DNA of 64,000 nucleotides from an uncultured Lachnospiraceae bacterium (GTDB lineage: Bacteria; Bacillota; Clostridia; Lachnospirales; Lachnospiraceae). The stretch is from assembly GCA_947629385.1 (NCBI GenBank), contig CANRDO010000001.1, positions 107,535-171,534 of the forward strand. Direction: 5' to 3'. This document shows positions 26,352 through 37,017 of the stretch, in pieces. The notes beneath the pieces were generated by a model. The model saw only the letters and a list, made by a program, of their open reading frames with translations. It did not search any database and had not been told where the DNA came from. The position numbers and the translations under genes are program-made. Each line of letters begins with the position of its first letter. The stretch's first letter is position 1.

Positions 26352-27704
26352 ATGTACCACAAGATCCTGATCGCAAACCGCGGAGAGATCGCCGTGCGCA
26401 TTATCCGCGCATGCAGGGAGATGGACATACGGACGGTTGCCGTGTGCTCGGAAGCGGATCGGGAGGCGCTGCACGCCCAGCTTGCTGACGAGTGTATCTG
26501 CATCGGAGGACCGCGTCCCGCGGACAGCTATCTGAATATAGAGAGTGTCCTGAGCGCGGCGCTTGCTTCGGGAGCTCAGGCCATCCATCCCGGTTATGGT
26601 TTCCTCTCAGAGAACACGAAGTTTGCACGGATGTGCAGGCAGTGCGGGATCGATTTTATCGGGCCTTCCCCGGAGATCATGGAGCAGATGGGGGACAAGG
26701 CCGCGGCCCGCAGAGCTATGAAAAAGGCGGGCGTGCCGGTCATACCGGGCACGGATGAGGCGGTGAGCGACGTGAATGAGGCAAAAAAGTTGGCGTCCGC
26801 GGTCGGTTACCCGCTCATCGTCAAGGCGTCGGCCGGGGGCGGCGGCAAGGGGATGCGCGTCGCAGAACGGGAAAAGGATTTTGAAAAACTGTTCGAGATG
26901 GCTCAGCAGGAGACGATACAGGCGTTCGGGGACGATCGGATGTATCTGGAAAAGTACCTCCCGCATGCGCGCCATATCGAAATCCAGATCCTCGCGGACC
27001 GGTACGGAAACAGCGTCCATCTGGGGGAACGGGACTGCAGCATCCAGAGAAGACATCAGAAGCTGATCGAAGAGACGCCGGCAGTTTTTCTGCCGGACGA
27101 TATGCTTGTCCGGATGGGAGACGCGGCTGTGCGCGCGGCGCGCTCGGTTGGGTACGACAGCGCGGGGACGGTCGAGTTTCTGGCGGAGGATGACGGGCAG
27201 TTCTATTTTATGGAGATGAATACCCGGATCCAGGTAGAACATCCGGTGACGGAGATGGTGACAGGGATTGATCTGGTGAAGGAAATGATCCGTATCAGCG
27301 CCGGGGAGAGGCTTGCGTTTGAGCAGAAGGACATCGTCCGCCGCGGCCATGCGATCGAGTGCAGGATCTGCGCGGAAGACCCCAAGAGAGGTTTTCTGCC
27401 CGGCACGGGAACCGTCAGGGAGCTTTATCTGCCGGGCGGCAACGGCGTGCGCGTGGACACGATGCTCTATCAGGGGTACGCCGTCCCTCCGTTCTATGAC
27501 TCGATGCTTGCGAAGGTGATTGTCTGCGGCGGCGACAGACAGGAGGCGATCCACAAAATGAGAGGAGCGCTGGGAGAGCTGGTAATAGAAGGAATCGCTA
27601 CAAATCTGGATTTCCAGTACGAACTCGTCAGCAGTCGGGAATTTGCCTCAGGCGACGTGCGGGCGGTCAATCAGAGAATAGAACTTGACATGGAAGAAAG
27701 ATAG
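26352..27704 (+). CDS. accC: acetyl-CoA carboxylase biotin carboxylase subunit
   Basis: MYHKILIANRGEIAVRIIRA..., MEMNTRIQVEHPVTE. ATG 26352 follows AAGAAGGGAA. The upstream extension of the ORF is rejected. Confidence 0.92.
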   Translation: MYHKILIANRGEIAVRIIRACREMDIRTVAVCSEADREALHAQLADECICIGGPRPADSYLNIESVLSAALASGAQAIHPGYGFLSENTKFARMCRQCGIDFIGPSPEIMEQMGDKAAARRAMKKAGVPVIPGTDEAVSDVNEAKKLASAVGYPLIVKASAGGGGKGMRVAEREKDFEKLFEMAQQETIQAFGDDRMYLEKYLPHARHIEIQILADRYGNSVHLGERDCSIQRRHQKLIEETPAVFLPDDMLVRMGDAAVRAARSVGYDSAGTVEFLAEDDGQFYFMEMNTRIQVEHPVTEMVTGIDLVKEMIRISAGERLAFEQKDIVRRGHAIECRICAEDPKRGFLPGTGTVRELYLPGGNGVRVDTMLYQGYAVPPFYDSMLAKVIVCGGDRQEAIHKMRGALGELVIEGIATNLDFQYELVSSREFASGDVRAVNQRIELDMEER

Positions 27705-27722
27705 ATGAAAAGGTGACGCTGT

Positions 27723-28583
27723 ATGCTGAAAGAGCATTTCAAAAAGCCCGCCGGGGAGGCGGAGGCAGAAATATCCTATGAAAAACCGCAGGCGCCGGAC
27801 GGATTCTTTCAAAAGTGCGACGGGTGCGGGAAGATCGTGCTCGAGGAGGACATAGAAAATAACTGGTACAGCTGCCCGAAATGCGGCAGATATTACCGCA
27901 TCGGAGCGCGGGAGCGCATCCCGATGATAGCAGATGAGAATACCTTTCAGGAATGGGACAGCGGACTGACGGGAGAAAATCCTCTGCAGTTTGAGGGCTA
28001 TGAGGAAAAGCTGGAAACGCTTCAGAAAAGCACGGGCTATACAGAGGCGGTCGTGACGGGAGAAGCGCGCATTTGCGGGATACAGACGGCGCTGGGCGTG
28101 ATGTCCGCAGATTTCCTGATGGGAAGCATGGGGACGGCTGTGGGAGAGAAGATCACGCGGATGATCGGACGGGCGACAGCAAAACGGCTCCCGGTCGTCT
28201 TGTTCTGCTGCTCCGGAGGCGCCCGCATGCAGGAGGGGATCTTCTCCCTGATGCAGATGGCCAGGACGGCGCAGGCGATCAAGGAACATGACGAGGCAGG
28301 CCTTCTGTATATTCCGGTGCTGACAGACCCGACGACCGGCGGTGTGACGGCGAGCTTTGCCATGCTCGGGGATGTAATCCTTGCGGAGCCGGGAGCGCTG
28401 ATCGGGTTCGCGGGACCGCGCGTGATCCGGCAGACGATCGGACAAAAGCTGCCTCAGGGTTTCCAGAGCGCGGAATACCTGCTGAAGCATGGGTTTGTGG
28501 ATCGGATCGTGAGACGCGAGCGGCTGCGCAGCACGCTTGGAATTTTGTTGAGGAGCAGTGGATATGGAAGAAAAGAATCATGA
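27723..28583 (+). CDS. accD: acetyl-CoA carboxylase carboxyltransferase beta subunit
   Basis: Zn ribbon CDGCGKIV...CPKCG, followed by GSMG and the carboxyltransferase fold. Confidence 0.92.
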   Translation: MLKEHFKKPAGEAEAEISYEKPQAPDGFFQKCDGCGKIVLEEDIENNWYSCPKCGRYYRIGARERIPMIADENTFQEWDSGLTGENPLQFEGYEEKLETLQKSTGYTEAVVTGEARICGIQTALGVMSADFLMGSMGTAVGEKITRMIGRATAKRLPVVLFCCSGGARMQEGIFSLMQMARTAQAIKEHDEAGLLYIPVLTDPTTGGVTASFAMLGDVILAEPGALIGFAGPRVIRQTIGQKLPQGFQSAEYLLKHGFVDRIVRRERLRSTLGILLRSSGYGRKES

Positions 28584-29382
28584 GAGCGCTGTGAGCGCGT
28601 GGGACCGGGTTCAGATCGCCCGCAGCGCTGAAAGGCCTTATATAAAAGATTATATTTCCAGGATATTTGACGGTTTTCTCGAGCTGCACGGAGACCGTCT
28701 TTTTGGCGACGACAGGGCGGTGATCGGCGGAATCGCGGCAATCGACAGGCAGTATGTCACGGTCATCGGTCAGCAAAAGGGACGGAACGCGAAAGAGAAT
28801 AAGCGCCGCAATTTCGGAATGCCGAATCCCGAGGGATATCGGAAAGCGCTGCGTCTCGCGAAGCAGGCAGAGAAATTTTCCCGCCCTGTCATCTTTTTTG
28901 TCGACACGCCGGGGGCGTTCTGCGGGATGGAGGCGGAGGAGCGCGGGCAGGGGGAGGCGATCGCCCGGAACCTGTTTGAGCTGTCAGATCTGAGCGTGCC
29001 GGTTTTGTCGATCATCACAGGGGAAGGAGGCTCCGGGGGAGCGCTGGCTTTCGCCGTGGCGAACGAGGTATGGATGCTGGAAAACGCAGTGTATTCGGTG
29101 CTCTCTCCGGAAGGTTTCGCCGCCATCCTGTGGAAAGACAAAAAGCGGGCGGAAGAGGCGGCTGAGATCATGAAAATGACAGCGGCCGAACTGAAGGGTA
29201 TGGGAATCATCGAAAAAGTGATCCCGGAACCACAGCCGGCAAATACAGCGGATATGGATGAGCTTGCGCTGTCCATGAGACGTGAGATTCTGACGTTTTT
29301 AAAAGCTTATCAGGAAGTGCCTGCGGAGGAGATCTTGAAGCGCAGGAAGGAGCGGTTCCGCGGTTATGGAGTTTTCGACTGA
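28564..29382 (+). CDS. accA: acetyl-CoA carboxylase carboxyltransferase alpha subunit
   Basis: RPYIKDYI..., [20 protein letters not shown]. Confidence 0.92.
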   Translation: MEEKNHESAVSAWDRVQIARSAERPYIKDYISRIFDGFLELHGDRLFGDDRAVIGGIAAIDRQYVTVIGQQKGRNAKENKRRNFGMPNPEGYRKALRLAKQAEKFSRPVIFFVDTPGAFCGMEAEERGQGEAIARNLFELSDLSVPVLSIITGEGGSGGALAFAVANEVWMLENAVYSVLSPEGFAAILWKDKKRAEEAAEIMKMTAAELKGMGIIEKVIPEPQPANTADMDELALSMRREILTFLKAYQEVPAEEILKRRKERFRGYGVFD

Positions 29383-29546
29383 TTTTTGCTCCGGCGTCGC
29401 TTGCGGACGCATTCGGTCAGCAGGTACTCGATCTGTCCGTTGACGGAGCGGAAGTCGTCCTCCGCCCACGCCGCGAGTTCATCGTAGAGAGAGGAGGACA
29501 GCCGCAGAGGAATCTGTTTTTTGGCGTTCTCTTTTTTCTTGTCCAT
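29364..29546 (-). CDS. Arc/MetJ-type ribbon-helix-helix DNA-binding protein
   Basis: 60 aa. [35 protein letters not shown] is a typical Arc-like RHH. GGAGG lies 7 nt before the ATG. The 3' end overlaps accA convergently by 19 nt. Confidence 0.7.
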   Translation of the reverse strand: MDKKKENAKKQIPLRLSSSLYDELAAWAEDDFRSVNGQIEYLLTECVRKRRRSKNQSKTP

Positions 29547-29593
29547 GCGCTGTCCTCCTTTCTGCTATGAATATGTCAATCAATTCTGTTTTG

Positions 29594-29619
29594 ATATCAG
29601 ACCAGTATATCAGACTGGT
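29594..29619. promoter_or_regulatory. direct/inverted repeats in the RHH gene upstream region (candidate RHH operator)
   Basis: ATATCAGAC occurs at 29594-29602 and at 29607-29615 (13-bp period). They are embedded in accagt-N7-actggt (29601-29619). On the minus strand the repeats overlap a TATACT -10-like box. Confidence 0.45.
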
Positions 29620-29696
29620 TTTTGCTGCAACTTACTTTTTCGAGAGTTTTTTTCACATTGGTTTCCGGCCGAACAGCTTTTGATTAAGCAAATAGA

Positions 29697-30665
29697 TCAA
29701 TAGATTGATCCGCTGTTTACGATCGGCTGCGCGTCCTTGTTGCCGCAGAGCACGACGAGCAGATTGCTCACCATCGCGGCCTTGCGCTCTTCGTCCAGTT
29801 CCACAATATCATTTTCATTCAATTTTTGCAATGCCATATCTACCATTGACACCGCGCCCTCCACGATCTTCTGGCGCGCGTCGATGATCGCGGCGGCCTG
29901 CTGGCGCTGCAGCATCGCGGAGGCAATCTCCGGCGCGTAGGCGAGGCGGGAAATACGCACCTCCAGGACCGTGATGCCCGCGTTCTCTACTTTCTCCTGA
30001 AGCTCTTTTTTCAGAATCTCCGCGACCTCCTGCGTGCTGCTGCGCAGGGTCTTCTCATCGTCGTCGTTCGTGTCGTAGGGGTAGCAGCGGGCGATGTTGC
30101 GCGTGATCGCGTCGCACTGGATCGAGAGATAGCTCTTGTAATTCTCAACGTTCAGCACAGCCTTCGTCGGATTCGTGACTTGCCAGATGACAATCGTCCC
30201 GATCTCAATCGGATTGCCGAGCTGGTCGTTGACCTTCTGCTGTTCGTTGTTCAGCGTCAGGATCTTGGTGGAGATCTTTTTGCTGAGCGAGGTGTAGGTG
30301 ATGCCACCGCTTCCGGCGGAGACCACGCCGGGCTTGACCGTCGGATTCAGCGCGCCGCAGAACGGGTTGATCCAGTAAAATCCCGGCTTCTTCATGGTAC
30401 CGTAATACTGGCCGAAAAGGGCGAAGACCAGGGCTTCGTTCGGATTGATGACGTGCAGACCGCACAGGATGAGAATACCGCCGATCACGAGGACTGCGCC
30501 GAGAACGGCGCCCAGGACGATGACGGGCACAGGCAGGCCGAGCACCGCCGGTGCGATAAAGCAGGGCAGGGAGAGCAGAATGCCGACGATGCCCACAAGC
30601 AGCATCAGGAAGCCGGATTTTCCGGCAATTTCTTTCTCTTCTACGTTGATCAGTTTTTCTTTCAT
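29697..30665 (-). CDS. SPFH/band-7 domain membrane protein
   Basis: 322 aa. Two N-terminal TM helices followed by an SPFH core (…[19 protein letters not shown]…[20 protein letters not shown]). Confidence 0.75.
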   Translation of the reverse strand: MKEKLINVEEKEIAGKSGFLMLLVGIVGILLSLPCFIAPAVLGLPVPVIVLGAVLGAVLVIGGILILCGLHVINPNEALVFALFGQYYGTMKKPGFYWINPFCGALNPTVKPGVVSAGSGGITYTSLSKKISTKILTLNNEQQKVNDQLGNPIEIGTIVIWQVTNPTKAVLNVENYKSYLSIQCDAITRNIARCYPYDTNDDDEKTLRSSTQEVAEILKKELQEKVENAGITVLEVRISRLAYAPEIASAMLQRQQAAAIIDARQKIVEGAVSMVDMALQKLNENDIVELDEERKAAMVSNLLVVLCGNKDAQPIVNSGSIY

Positions 30666-30843
30666 AGCTATCCTCCGTTCTTGGAAAGTGATATTAAAAT
30701 GATATCAAAATTATATATAATAATATATAGGTTGTCAAGGAAAAGATAAATTGGTTTGCATTGCAATTTGTTAACAGTTTGTTTATAATGTGAACTGTAG
30801 AATTGAACTGCGCAGAAGCACATCGGAAGGGAGTCTTGACGGA

Positions 30844-32424
30844 ATGGATACAAATGAACAGAGCAGCGGACTGAGTCTGCTGAAAAAGGGACAGAAGGGA
30901 ATCATGCACGCGCTGTTCAGCCGTGTGGGGATCATGCTGGTACTTCTGGTGCTGCAGGCGCTGATGTTGTTCAGCCTGTTTCGGTGGTTTCAGCAGTTTC
31001 TGCCGCATGTGTTGGGCGGGACGGTGCTCTTTATGGTGGTTATGGTGCTCTACCTGATCAACAGCACGCTGGATCCAACGGCAAAGATTACCTGGCTGAT
31101 TGTGATCATGCTGGTGCCGGTGTTCGGGGCGTTATTGTTCTGGTATACGCAGAGTGAGACCGGGCACCGCGCGGAGAAAAAGAGGCTCGAAAACATTCTA
31201 GCGGCTACAAAAGACAAGCTCTCACAGGATGAGAAAGTGATTGAGGCGTTGGAGCAGGAAGATCCGCACGAAGCGGCGCTGGCGCGCTATTTTCGCAGGA
31301 GCGGCTGCTTTCCGGTTTACGCGAATACGCAGACGACATTTTTCTCGCTGGGCGAGGACAAATTCGCGGAGATGCTGCGGCAGCTCGAACAGGCGAAGAA
31401 GTATATTTTTATAGAATATTTTATCGTGGACGAGGGCCTGATGTGGGGCAGGATCCTGGAGATCCTCGCGAAGAAGGTCAAGGAGGGCGTGGAGGTTCGC
31501 GTCATGTATGACGGTACTTGCGAGTTTTCCACGCTTCCGCATGATTACCCGAAGAAGCTGCAGGCGCTCGGGATACAGTGCAAGGCATTCTCGCCGATGT
31601 CGCCGTTTTTGTCGACGCATTACAACTACCGCGACCACCGCAAGATCCTCGTGATCGACGGGCATACGGCGTTCACGGGCGGCGTAAACCTGGCGGACGA
31701 GTACATCAATCATATCGTGAAGTTTGGGCATTGGAAAGATACCGCGGTCATGTTGAGAGGTGAGGCGGCGAAGAGCTTCGCACTCATGTTTCTGCAGATG
31801 TGGAATATCACCGAGCGGCATGAGGAGTACGACAAGTATCTGAATGAGGAGACTGTTCCGACGACACGGCAACTGGATGGCTACGTCATTCCTTACGGCG
31901 ACTGCCCGCTCGACGCGGACAAGGTGGGCGAGCGCGTCTACATGGACATCCTGAACCGCGCGATCCGCTATGTGCATATCATGTCGCCGTATCTGATCCT
32001 GGACGGCGAGATGGAGACCGCGCTGAAATTCGCGGCGGAGCGTGGCGTGGACGTCCGGCTGATCCTGCCGGGGATCCCGGACAAGACCGCGCCTTATTCG
32101 CTCGCGAAGACGCATTACAAGTCTCTGCTGGCGTCCGGGGTGAAGATTTACGAGTACACGCCGGGCTTTGTGCACGCAAAGCTGTTTGTCAGTGACGATT
32201 GCAGGGCCGTGGTCGGCACGATCAATCTGGACTATCGCAGTCTGTATCATCATTTTGAGTGCGCCACCTACATGTATCAGACATCCTGTATCCCGGAGAT
32301 AGAGGCAGACTTCCACAAGACGCTGGAGAAGTGCCGCGTTGTCACAAATGAGACGATCCGCCAGGAGAAGCGCTCTCTGAAGATCGAGGGCGCGCTGCTG
32401 AAGGCAATCTCGCCGCTGCTGTAG
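30844..32424 (+). CDS. cls: cardiolipin synthase
   Basis: Two HKD motifs (HRKILVIDGHTAFTGGVNL and HAKLFVSDDCRAVVGTINLD) and N-terminal TM helices. Confidence 0.9.
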   Translation: MDTNEQSSGLSLLKKGQKGIMHALFSRVGIMLVLLVLQALMLFSLFRWFQQFLPHVLGGTVLFMVVMVLYLINSTLDPTAKITWLIVIMLVPVFGALLFWYTQSETGHRAEKKRLENILAATKDKLSQDEKVIEALEQEDPHEAALARYFRRSGCFPVYANTQTTFFSLGEDKFAEMLRQLEQAKKYIFIEYFIVDEGLMWGRILEILAKKVKEGVEVRVMYDGTCEFSTLPHDYPKKLQALGIQCKAFSPMSPFLSTHYNYRDHRKILVIDGHTAFTGGVNLADEYINHIVKFGHWKDTAVMLRGEAAKSFALMFLQMWNITERHEEYDKYLNEETVPTTRQLDGYVIPYGDCPLDADKVGERVYMDILNRAIRYVHIMSPYLILDGEMETALKFAAERGVDVRLILPGIPDKTAPYSLAKTHYKSLLASGVKIYEYTPGFVHAKLFVSDDCRAVVGTINLDYRSLYHHFECATYMYQTSCIPEIEADFHKTLEKCRVVTNETIRQEKRSLKIEGALLKAISPLL

Positions 32425-32554
32425 GAGAGCGGGTTTTGCTCTGTTCTTTTTCATGTCATGTAGGAGACGTTTCGTGAGAAGCTATTGACAAAAAGCCAAA
32501 TTCTCCATTAAATAAGAGCAAAAGAGCGATGTCTGACCAAAGGAGGACTGGTGT

Positions 32555-32933
32555 ATGAAGAGAAAGAGAAGTCAAATCCGTGCTTTTCGATCAGGGCTAT
32601 ATCGCGGAAAAATCCGGACACAGCCGGGGCAGCACCTTGGATCTGACCCTTTTTGATATGGATGCGGGGAAAGAACTGGACATGGGCGGCACGTTCGACT
32701 ATTTCGGCGAACTCTCGCATCCGGATTACACCGGCGAGCTGACCGAGGAGCAGATCGGGAACAGAAATATACTGCGGGATATCATGGTTGGGAATGGTTT
32801 CAAGCCGCTGGATACGGAGTGGTGGCATTTCACGCTGGAGGATGAGCCATACCCGGATACTTACTTTGCATTTCCGGTGAGGGAAGAATCCGTCCCGGCG
32901 CCTGAGGCAGACGATGCAGAGCCGCAGACATAG
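32555..32933 (+). pseudogene. D-Ala-D-Ala dipeptidase (VanX/DdpX, M15) remnant
   Basis: GGAGG plus ATG 32555 opens a 33-codon frame (MKRKRSQIRAF...) that stops at 32654-32656. A different frame (32580-32933) encodes only the C-terminal half, with SGHSRGSTLDLTL and EWWHF. The roughly 90 N-terminal residues are missing. Confidence 0.6.
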
Positions 32934-33010
32934 AAGGATCCAGCCAAACAGACGATTGAGGGGAAAAAAGAAGAGCGTAGAGCTTTTCGGAAATCTTGGA
33001 GGACGGGATC

Positions 33011-33964
33011 ATGGATATCCAATATTTACTATTGCTGCAAAATCTGCGCGAGGCTACGGGTGGGGTACTGAACGGCGCGTTCGAGCTGATCACAAAGCTC
33101 GGCGAGGCGTCTGTTGTCACGCTTCTCGTGGCGTTTGTCTACTGGTGTGTCGATAAGCGCGAAGGTATCTTTTTGATGCTCACGTTTTATTATAATCGCG
33201 TGATCAATGGTTTCCTGAAGATCACGGCTTGTGTGTATCGCCCGTGGATCCGGGACGCGCGTGTGCTGCCGGTTCCGGAGGCGATGGCGGACGCCACAGG
33301 TTACTCTTTCCCGAGCGGCCATTCTGCGAATGCCACCAGCTTTTTCGGCGGGCTTGCGATCAATAAAAAATATCCCAAAATCTTTCGCGGAGTTATGGCT
33401 GCCCTGGTACTGCTGGTCGGATTTTCGCGCAACTACCTGGGTGTGCACACGCCGCAGGACGTTATCGTTTCTATTGTTCTGGCGATTGTGCTGCTGTTTG
33501 CGTTTCGCAGGCTGCTCGACTGGGTGGATCAGAATCCGGAAAAGGATTGGATCGTCCTGCTGGCAGGCGCGGCGCTTTGCATTCTGCTCGTCGTCTACGC
33601 CTCTCTGAAAGGCTATCCGATAGACTACGACGCGGCTGGAGAGGTGATCGTGGATCCGGCCAAGATGTCGATCGATTCATTCAAAAACGCGGGCATGGGG
33701 CTCGGCTTCATCGTAGGCTGGTTTCTGGAGCGAAGATTCATAAAATTTGAGACGGACGGTAAATGGTATTTTCGCGTACTCCGCTATGCCGTCTGCATCG
33801 CGGTCTATGAGCTTCTGAAGACCTATGCCGCGCCGCTGATCACAGGCGCGATCGCGGGTGGGGTCGGCAAGGCGGTGGAGCAGTTCGTGCTGATCCTCTA
33901 TATCACGGCGGGAGCGCCTGTGATCATAAAGCTTCTGGGAATCGTGCAGAAACGTGCAGAATGA
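33011..33964 (+). CDS. PAP2-family lipid phosphate phosphatase
   Basis: Motifs KITACVYRP, PSGHS and SRNYLGVHTPQD. Multi-TM. ATG 33011 lies 8 nt after GGAGG. Confidence 0.8.
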   Translation: MDIQYLLLLQNLREATGGVLNGAFELITKLGEASVVTLLVAFVYWCVDKREGIFLMLTFYYNRVINGFLKITACVYRPWIRDARVLPVPEAMADATGYSFPSGHSANATSFFGGLAINKKYPKIFRGVMAALVLLVGFSRNYLGVHTPQDVIVSIVLAIVLLFAFRRLLDWVDQNPEKDWIVLLAGAALCILLVVYASLKGYPIDYDAAGEVIVDPAKMSIDSFKNAGMGLGFIVGWFLERRFIKFETDGKWYFRVLRYAVCIAVYELLKTYAAPLITGAIAGGVGKAVEQFVLILYITAGAPVIIKLLGIVQKRAE

Positions 33965-34034
33965 ATTAAGCAATCAATCGTGCTTTGTTTGAGACAGGCG
34001 CTCATGCTCTCCGGACAGCTATGCTACCGGGCAG

Positions 34035-34403
34035 TCATGTTCCCGGACAGGCGATCTCCATGACCTGTTCGATCATTTCGTGGAGCAGCCTGGCTTGCGG
34101 AGTGTCGGCCGCGCGGTAGTAGACTTCTTTTCCTTCGCGGCGGCTGATGATCAGCCCGCTGTTTTTCAGCGGACGCAGGTGGTGGGAGACGGCGGGGCTT
34201 GACATTTCCAGCATGGCGGAGATGTTGATCACACACTCCTCACAGTGACAGAGAAGCCAGAAGATGCGGATTCTGGTAGTATCGCCGAGCATCTTGAAAA
34301 TGTCCGCCACGATCTGAAAATGTTCCGTGCGGTCGATCTGATTCTGAATCATCTCGATCTCCTGCGGTTCGCTGTGGTGGTGGGGTAATTCGATTTTATG
34401 CAT
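34035..34403 (-). CDS. ArsR/SmtB family metalloregulator
   Basis: LGDTTRIRIFWLLCHCEECVINISAMLEMSSPAVSHHLRPLKNSGLI. Divergent from the HMA/ATPase genes. Confidence 0.85.
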   Translation of the reverse strand: MHKIELPHHHSEPQEIEMIQNQIDRTEHFQIVADIFKMLGDTTRIRIFWLLCHCEECVINISAMLEMSSPAVSHHLRPLKNSGLIISRREGKEVYYRAADTPQARLLHEMIEQVMEIACPGT

Positions 34404-34497
34404 GGAGTCTCTCCTTTCTTTTTGCTATTTCTATTTCCTGCTTTCGGGACTGCTGCAGATATCACGACGATATTTTGCAACAGTCTCATTTTTTGTA

Positions 34498-34557
34498 TTG
34501 ACGTTTCTTCTTTTCTGTATTATACTACAAACATAAAGATTAAACAAGTGCTTAATC
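34498..34557 (+). promoter_or_regulatory. promoter of the HMA/P-type ATPase operon plus an imperfect inverted repeat (candidate ArsR-family operator)
   Basis: TTGACG (34498-34503), 17-nt spacer, TATACT (34521-34526). Then gattaa-N8-ttaatc at 34538-34557. Confidence 0.5.
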
Positions 34558-34587
34558 GTAAAATTATAAAATCGGGAGGATTCTATC

Positions 34588-34806
34588 ATGAAAAAGACGT
34601 ACAAGATCGAAGTTGACTGCGCCAACTGCGCGAATCTGATGGAGGAGGCGACACGCAAGACCGCAGGTGTAGCCTCCGCCACGGTAAATTTTATGACACA
34701 GAAGATGATCGTGGAATTTGAGGACGGACAGGATCCGAAGAGTGTGATGAAGGATGTGCTGAAGGCCTGCAAAAAGGTCGAGCCGGACTGCGAGATCGAG
34801 TTTTGA
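34588..34806 (+). CDS. heavy-metal-associated (HMA) domain protein
   Basis: 72 aa. YKIEVDCANCANLMEE...ATVNF has a ferredoxin-like HMA layout with a CxxC. Confidence 0.7.
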   Translation: MKKTYKIEVDCANCANLMEEATRKTAGVASATVNFMTQKMIVEFEDGQDPKSVMKDVLKACKKVEPDCEIEF

Positions 34807-34839
34807 AACAATTAAGTATAGCTTGAAAGGAAATGTATC

Positions 34840-36855
34840 ATGCAGGATATTATCATAGACATATTGCTTGCAATCGTGGTGCTGACAGCGGCCGGGCTTC
34901 TTCTATTTATCGGCAGGCGTGAGGGCGGTATGACGAAAAAACAGCGGAAGATGATGGTTCGTATTTTCATATCTGCCGCGATCCTTCTGGCGCTTCAGTT
35001 TGCCCCGGCAAAGCTGTTTGATCAGCTCGACCGCTATCTGTTCCCGACGGCGGGGCGCTGGATCCGTTTTGCCTGCTATCTGATCGATTACTTCATCATC
35101 GGATATGACATCTTGAGAAAGGCGTTGCAGGGGATCCGGAACGGACGCGTGTTTGATGAGAATTTCCTGATGGCGGTCGCGACGATCGGCGCGATGGCGC
35201 TTGCGATCTACGAGAACGGAGAGTATCTGGAGGCAATCGCCGTCATGCTGTTTTACCAGATCGGTGAATGGTTTCAGAGCTATGCTGTGGGCAAAAGCCG
35301 CCGCAACATCAGCAATCTGATGGACATCCGTCCGGACTACGCGAATATCGAGAGAGACGGCAAGCTGGAGCAGGTCGATCCGGACGAGGTGGAGACCGGC
35401 AGCGTGATCGTCGTACAACCGGGAGAAAAAGTGCCGATCGACGGCGTGATCATCGAGGGCAGCTCCAGCCTGAACACGAGCGCGCTGACCGGGGAGAGCC
35501 TTCCAAGAGAAGCGAAGGCGGGGGACGAGGTGATCAGCGGCTGCATCAGCATGACCGGCGTATTGAAGATACAGACCACGAAGGAATTCGGGGAATCGAC
35601 CGTATCGAAGATCCTCGATCTGGTAGAGAACGCCAGTTCCCGCAAGTCGAGATCCGAGGATTTCATCTCGAAATTCGCGAAGGTCTACACTCCGGCGGTC
35701 TGCTGCAGCGCGCTGGCGCTGGCAATTCTTCCGCCGCTTGTCCGTATGCTGTTTATGGGACTTTCCGCAAACTGGAGTGTGTGGATCTATCGCGCGCTCA
35801 CATTCCTTGTCATCAGCTGTCCGTGTGCGCTCGTCATCAGCATCCCGCTGAGCTTCTTCGCCGGGATCGGCGGCGCGAGCCAGCAGGGCGTCCTGGTGAA
35901 AGGCTCCAATTTTCTGGAACTGCTCTCAAAGACGAAAGTGGTGGTGTTTGACAAGACCGGCACGCTGACGCAAGGCGTGTTTGAAGTGGACGGGATCCAT
36001 CACAATGAGATGGAGGACGCGAAGCTGATCGAGTATGCGGCGCTGGCGGAGAGCGCGTCGTCCCATCCGATCAGCAAGAGCCTGCAGCGCGCTTATGGAA
36101 AAGAACCGGACCGCAGCCGCGTGAGCGACATTCAGGAGATCAGCGGCAACGGCGTGATCGCGAAGGTAGACGGCGTGGAGGTCGCGGCAGGGAACGACAA
36201 GCTGATGAAGCATCTGGGCGTTTCCTATATCGAATGCCACTCGGCCGGGACGATCATCCATGTCGCCGTCGATGGGGCTTACGCCGGACATATTGTTATT
36301 TCCGACATCGTGAAGCCTCACTCGAAGGACGCCATCGCCTCGCTCAGATCGTCGGGCATCGAAAAGACGGTGATGCTGACTGGCGACGCGAAAAAAGTAG
36401 CGGATCAGGTGGCGGTCTCTCTCGGGATCGACGAAGTTTACAGTGAGCTTCTTCCGGCCGACAAGGTGGAGAAGGTCGAAGAGTTGCTGCGCGTGAAATC
36501 TGAAAAGGCTAAGCTTGCCTTTGTCGGAGACGGCATCAACGACGCGCCCGTGCTGTCGCGGGCAGACATCGGCATCGCGATGGGCGCGATGGGTTCGGAC
36601 GCGGCAATCGAGGCGGCGGATATCGTATTGATGGACGACGATCCGCTGAAGATCTCCAAGGCAATCCGAATCTCCCGCAAGTGCTTGCGCATTGTCTATC
36701 AGAACATCGTCTTCGCGCTGGCTGTCAAGTTTGCCTGCCTCGCGCTGGGAGCTATTGGCATCGCGAATATGTATCTGGCGATTTTTGCGGACGTGGGCGT
36801 CATGGTTCTGGCGGTGCTCAACGCGATCCGCTGCCTGTTTGTAAAGAAGCTGTGA
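34840..36855 (+). CDS. heavy-metal translocating P1B-type ATPase (Cd/Zn/Co-type)
   Basis: SCPCALVIS (CPC), DKTGTLT, TGDA, GDGINDAP. Confidence 0.9.
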   Translation: MQDIIIDILLAIVVLTAAGLLLFIGRREGGMTKKQRKMMVRIFISAAILLALQFAPAKLFDQLDRYLFPTAGRWIRFACYLIDYFIIGYDILRKALQGIRNGRVFDENFLMAVATIGAMALAIYENGEYLEAIAVMLFYQIGEWFQSYAVGKSRRNISNLMDIRPDYANIERDGKLEQVDPDEVETGSVIVVQPGEKVPIDGVIIEGSSSLNTSALTGESLPREAKAGDEVISGCISMTGVLKIQTTKEFGESTVSKILDLVENASSRKSRSEDFISKFAKVYTPAVCCSALALAILPPLVRMLFMGLSANWSVWIYRALTFLVISCPCALVISIPLSFFAGIGGASQQGVLVKGSNFLELLSKTKVVVFDKTGTLTQGVFEVDGIHHNEMEDAKLIEYAALAESASSHPISKSLQRAYGKEPDRSRVSDIQEISGNGVIAKVDGVEVAAGNDKLMKHLGVSYIECHSAGTIIHVAVDGAYAGHIVISDIVKPHSKDAIASLRSSGIEKTVMLTGDAKKVADQVAVSLGIDEVYSELLPADKVEKVEELLRVKSEKAKLAFVGDGINDAPVLSRADIGIAMGAMGSDAAIEAADIVLMDDDPLKISKAIRISRKCLRIVYQNIVFALAVKFACLALGAIGIANMYLAIFADVGVMVLAVLNAIRCLFVKKL

Positions 36856-36963
36856 TATCATTATCTGATGATTGAAGATGCGGTGAGTGTAGGGCAGATC
36901 ATCATGGAGGCGTTGGTGGGGATATTCTGAAGAATACTGCTTTTATTTGCAGATATATTACAG

Positions 36964-36992
36964 TTGAATCAAGGACATAATTATGGTATAAT
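36964..36992 (+). promoter_or_regulatory. sigma-A type promoter of the toxin-antitoxin pair
   Basis: TTGAAT, 17-nt spacer, TATAAT. Confidence 0.55.
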
Positions 36993-37017
36993 TCGACCAT
37001 ATTAAGGAGGTGAAAAA

